The notes under the pieces: generated by a model | What the model saw: the letters and a program-made list of their open reading frames with translations, nothing else | What the model was told of the DNA's origin: nothing | The model's database searches: none | Part shown: piece by piece, positions 22,166 through 25,513 of the stretch | Numbering within the stretch: the stretch's first letter is position 1 | Layout: the number at the start of each line of letters is the position of its first letter | Virus record (IMG/VR): IMGVR_UViG_3300020335_000027 | Location: 1 to 25,513 of that record | From: a virus | Lineage: Duplodnaviria > Caudoviricetes | Reading direction: 5' to 3' (one strand) | DNA length: 25,513 nt | Made by a program: the position numbers and the translations under genes

Positions 22166-22768
22166 TTATTTAACTCCTTTACGAACTTCAACATTTTTAG
22201 GCATTTTAATTAACGATGTATCAGTTGTTCTATTATGAATAACAAATTGTGTATCTTTAAATTCGTTAAATAAACCTTTCCATATAGGTCTCCAATTACG
22301 TGTGAGTCTTTCAGTATTGAGATTGTCTCTAGATGATTCAAGATAATAATCAGAAGATGATGTAATGTCAAAACCAAATATAGAATCAAATCCATACATA
22401 TGAATCTCATCACATTTTAGTTTATTAGCAGTATAATGTGTAGCCATATGTCCACAGTTAAAATCAGTATAATTCGAAGCATACTTTGGTAAAACCATAT
22501 AAAATTCTTTAATCTGTCGAGAGTATTTCATATAGAAATCATTACGTATTTCCATCCATTTATGCGGTCTTGCTCCAAGAACCCAATCACCAGGAACAGT
22601 AAGAATACCATCATGAATAGCCTTCATCATTTTAAAATCAACCATTACCGTAGCATATACGTTATTAACTGTCATGGGAGCAAGATTATTTAATATTTTT
22701 AAACCCTTTGCTGGTTTATAGAATCCAGCGCTTGGACCATTACCAATTACATGTGCAGTTTTTGTCAT
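22166..22768 (-). CDS. Sialyltransferase/GT29-GT42/Maf-like glycosyltransferase
   Basis: N-terminal AHVIGNGPS and later IHMYGFD motifs. Confidence 0.7.
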   Translation of the reverse strand: MTKTAHVIGNGPSAGFYKPAKGLKILNNLAPMTVNNVYATVMVDFKMMKAIHDGILTVPGDWVLGARPHKWMEIRNDFYMKYSRQIKEFYMVLPKYASNYTDFNCGHMATHYTANKLKCDEIHMYGFDSIFGFDITSSSDYYLESSRDNLNTERLTRNWRPIWKGLFNEFKDTQFVIHNRTTDTSLIKMPKNVEVRKGVK

Positions 22769-23436
22769 TTATTCATTAAGCTCCTGATATGATCTTTTCC
22801 TTTAATACCTGTCCAATGAATAGCCTTTTTCTTAACACTATTTTGACCATCTAATAATTGAACTCTTAACCAATTATATTCATTTGGCAAGTCAGTGATA
22901 TATATCATTCTTTGTATAGGATGTATTCTCAACATACTATGTAATACTTCTTGATCACCTCTTAAGTTAACTTTAGTAATATTTTCAGCCCAATCTAGTA
23001 AAATTTGAGGACTATCCTTAAAAGCGACAATGCCTGAATTATGCCAGGTTTCACCAGATCTTTTTGACCATGGTTTGTCTTCTACCATTGACAATCTATT
23101 TTCTTCTACATAATTAAATACACTTGACATATCTGAAAGTATTTCAAAGTCAGTATCAATCCAACACGTGTAGTTGCATAGTTTAGAAGCTTCTAGCATT
23201 GATTTAGGTTTTTTAAACCATCCTTTATCTTCTGTTTTTGTCATATCAATAGTATGTTTAATCGGATTATTTTTAGATTTACCCGATATAGCTTTTAAAC
23301 AATCCTTTGATACGCCAAAGTTTGCGAATATTAAAGGTGCATCATTATATTTACAGTAATTTTCTAGAAACCACGGTAGCATCCATTCAGTTGTTTTATC
23401 ACATCCAGTAAGAAAAGCTTTATTAAATAATGTCAT
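22765..23436 (-). CDS. GT-A fold glycosyltransferase (GT8-like)
   Basis: WIDTD (DxD), HNSGIV, GDQEVL, LPNEYNW and IHWTG. Confidence 0.8.
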   Translation of the reverse strand: MTLFNKAFLTGCDKTTEWMLPWFLENYCKYNDAPLIFANFGVSKDCLKAISGKSKNNPIKHTIDMTKTEDKGWFKKPKSMLEASKLCNYTCWIDTDFEILSDMSSVFNYVEENRLSMVEDKPWSKRSGETWHNSGIVAFKDSPQILLDWAENITKVNLRGDQEVLHSMLRIHPIQRMIYITDLPNEYNWLRVQLLDGQNSVKKKAIHWTGIKGKDHIRSLMNK

Positions 23437-24076
23437 ATGCTTCACCATATCCGTGTTTTGCTAAGCAACCTTCTGTTTGTTGAATAGTAGTAAAACTATC
23501 TTTTGCTTCGGCAACCCAGGGATATAATTCTTGAATCCATGGAAATCTGCCATTATTAATAAACACATCCGTAGGTTGACCACCTAATGCTCGAGCGCTA
23601 TTAATCAATTCTTTAGCTCCCGTGGGCGTGACCACGTACGCGTGTGCACCTGGCAGATATTGTTTTGACACTAACTTATTAATACCAAAATCTGGAGTTA
23701 CCCATTTACCATACGATGGATGACCAATGTTACATAAGTGTGTAGTTTTCATTTCAAGATTATGTGGTAACTGAGCCGTGAATACTGCATCGTGTTCACA
23801 GATAATAATTGTTTCTTCTAAGTGAATACAATATTCCCATAAACTAAGATGCGAACAAAACGCAGCTTTGCAGTTATCAGTTCTAGAATACACTTCATCG
23901 AATTGTTGTTGGCCAATAAAGTTATATTCTAGAATTTGTTTTGGATTATCTTTAGGTGTCTTAGCCTTCCACAACGCAGCGTCATGGATTCCATAATATT
24001 GCGCAGTTTTTACTCCACGTTTTGCAACCTGCAATGATCGAGGGTTATCCATAATCGTAATAAAAAAGGTTTTCAT
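23423..24076 (-). CDS. Glycosyltransferase family 25-like (LPS biosynthesis type)
   Basis: AFCSHLSLW, IICEHDAVF, GAHAYVVTPTGAKELI and PTDVF. Confidence 0.8.
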   Translation of the reverse strand: MKTFFITIMDNPRSLQVAKRGVKTAQYYGIHDAALWKAKTPKDNPKQILEYNFIGQQQFDEVYSRTDNCKAAFCSHLSLWEYCIHLEETIIICEHDAVFTAQLPHNLEMKTTHLCNIGHPSYGKWVTPDFGINKLVSKQYLPGAHAYVVTPTGAKELINSARALGGQPTDVFINNGRFPWIQELYPWVAEAKDSFTTIQQTEGCLAKHGYGEAYDII

Positions 24077-24077
24077 A

Positions 24078-24941
24078 TTAATAGCTCTGTGCGAGGCGCC
24101 ATTTCAAATACTCGAGACTCTCAATGGGTTCATGTTTATCAATACCGCCCATCAGATTCTTAACCATAGTACCAGGTGTAGGATCAACAAAGTGTGGCAT
24201 ACTGTATCTAGTCTTATGTATATGGCTGTTAACTACACGATGTTTGGTACTTTTAAAATAATCATTTGTCCAGCGCTGCAGTAAGTCACCAATATTACAA
24301 ACCACGCCGTTTGACGCATATGGAACTGGATGCCATTTACCTTCAAGATCTTGAACTTCTAAACCTGGAACATCATTGATTTGCCACAATAAAGTAATTG
24401 TACCATAGTCACTATGTTCACCAATCCGCATTTGACGATCTTCAAGAGGACCAGTGTAAGCCGGATAATGAATGACTCGAGTCGTGTTAAAAGGTTTTAG
24501 ATGTGTATCTACAAGCGTATTGCCGCATTTTAAAATTTCATCGAATTTAGATAAAATATTGATAGTAAGCTTATCAGCAACAGCCACACTTTGAAGAGCA
24601 GTTGATTTAAAGCTAGGTAGTTCTACTGGCCATAGTGCTTCAGACATGCGGTCAGTATTATTATAGTTAAAGCTTTCCTTCATATCCTTTGGTGCTGTTG
24701 GATCTACGTTTTCATCACCAACAACGCTATATCCTAAATTAGTATCACCTTCATATGGATATTTGTTCTTTGTCTCTTGATCTAATTCAAAGAATGATTT
24801 CATTTCATCAAACCAACAATTCATATCAGTTTGATCTTTTGTGTCAAGTGCATTTGTAAATACTGCAAATCCAACAGTAGTATAAGCATCTTCAATTTGT
24901 GTTAAAACATTTGAGCTTTTTAAATCAATTACTGGAATCAT
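24078..24941 (-). CDS. 2OG-Fe(II) dioxygenase, isopenicillin N synthase family
   Basis: IPVIDL, HYP, HSDYG (HxD), NIGDLLQRWTND, HRV and RYS. Confidence 0.93.
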   Translation of the reverse strand: MIPVIDLKSSNVLTQIEDAYTTVGFAVFTNALDTKDQTDMNCWFDEMKSFFELDQETKNKYPYEGDTNLGYSVVGDENVDPTAPKDMKESFNYNNTDRMSEALWPVELPSFKSTALQSVAVADKLTINILSKFDEILKCGNTLVDTHLKPFNTTRVIHYPAYTGPLEDRQMRIGEHSDYGTITLLWQINDVPGLEVQDLEGKWHPVPYASNGVVCNIGDLLQRWTNDYFKSTKHRVVNSHIHKTRYSMPHFVDPTPGTMVKNLMGGIDKHEPIESLEYLKWRLAQSY

Positions 24942-24951
24942 ATATTTTCTC

Positions 24952-24979
24952 CAAAGTAAGGGAGACCCGAAGGCCTCCC
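24952..24979 (-). terminator. Stem-loop/intrinsic terminator after the BMP gene
   Basis: Minus strand GGGAGGCC-TTCG-GGTCTCCC followed by TTACTTT (UUCG tetraloop). Confidence 0.7.
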
Positions 24980-24988
24980 AAATTAATA

Positions 24989-25513
24989 TTAGCCAGGGAA
25001 TCGAGCAGTGATTCCTTCGACATAATAAGTCATACTATTTAGTTCACCATCAGTAGCTACTTTACCAGCTTGAATGCGAATTTCGCCTGCTTGATCTTTA
25101 ATAGGACCAGTAAATGCAAAATACTCACCATCACTAATTTGTTGCATAACCTTAGTTGCCATAGCTCGGACATCATCTGGCATATTTGTGAATGGTGCCA
25201 TTTGAACAACGCCTTCATTCATATGACCAAAATAGTTTTCACTTTCCCAGTTACCATCGATAACAGCTTGAACCTTGCGAATATAGTAAGGTGACCAGTT
25301 ATCAATAGTTGCAGTCAATTGTGCTTCAGGAGCAAATGCAATTTGATCTGATGCCTGACCAAAGCCGTGTTTACCTTGTTGTTCTGCAGCTTGAAGCGGT
25401 GCTGGAGAATCAGTATGTTGTGCAACCATATCACAACCTTGACCCATTAGAACTTTAGCAGCATCTGATTCTTTTCCTGGATCATACCAAGTATTTACCC
25501 AAACGATATCCAT
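24989..25513 (-). CDS. BMP-family ABC transporter substrate-binding protein (C-terminal part; 5' end outside the window)
   Basis: WVNTWYDPGKE..AA..L..QG.D...QHTDSPAP...A, GFGQASD, FTGPIKDQ.G and M.YYVEGI. Confidence 0.92.
   Translation of the reverse strand: MDIVWVNTWYDPGKESDAAKVLMGQGCDMVAQHTDSPAPLQAAEQQGKHGFGQASDQIAFAPEAQLTATIDNWSPYYIRKVQAVIDGNWESENYFGHMNEGVVQMAPFTNMPDDVRAMATKVMQQISDGEYFAFTGPIKDQAGEIRIQAGKVATDGELNSMTYYVEGITARFPG

Overview
This window is an AT-rich segment of a T4-like (Tevenvirinae/Kyanoviridae-style) myovirus genome. The host is probably a marine heterotrophic bacterium, inferred from the host-derived genes. Almost everything is on the minus strand. Core genes are gp32 (ssDNA-binding protein) and gp33 (late transcription co-activator). 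They are followed by a long accessory region of small early ORFs driven by a repeated promoter (CGCATTT-N5-TGTACA-N17-TAnnAT/A, 7 copies). Auxiliary genes include an HD-domain (p)ppGpp hydrolase-like protein, two HExxH proteins, a class 3 lipase, a catalytic-domain-only AsnRS/asparagine synthetase, a DHODH-like protein, IscA, three glycosyltransferases, a 2OG-Fe(II) dioxygenase and a BMP-family ABC substrate-binding protein. There are four tRNA genes. Four observations stand out. (1) A 110-nt non-canonical tRNA-Asn(GTT) has a 38-nt variable arm, U37 and a D-arm identical to that of the phage tRNA-Leu. It lies 6 nt downstream of the AsnRS-like gene, which lacks an anticodon-binding domain. (2) A late-promoter-driven array of four His-rich Alt/VIP2-like ADP-ribosyltransferase-fold paralogs carries capsid-targeting-like leaders, lacks the catalytic Arg, and comes with a stand-alone leader-motif peptide and a readable duplication scar. 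(3) A multi-hairpin candidate ncRNA lies behind tRNA-Arg. (4) An 18-bp operator is helically phased relative to the promoter, and one early transcript is almost free of G. All product calls come from recognising motifs by eye; no searches were run.
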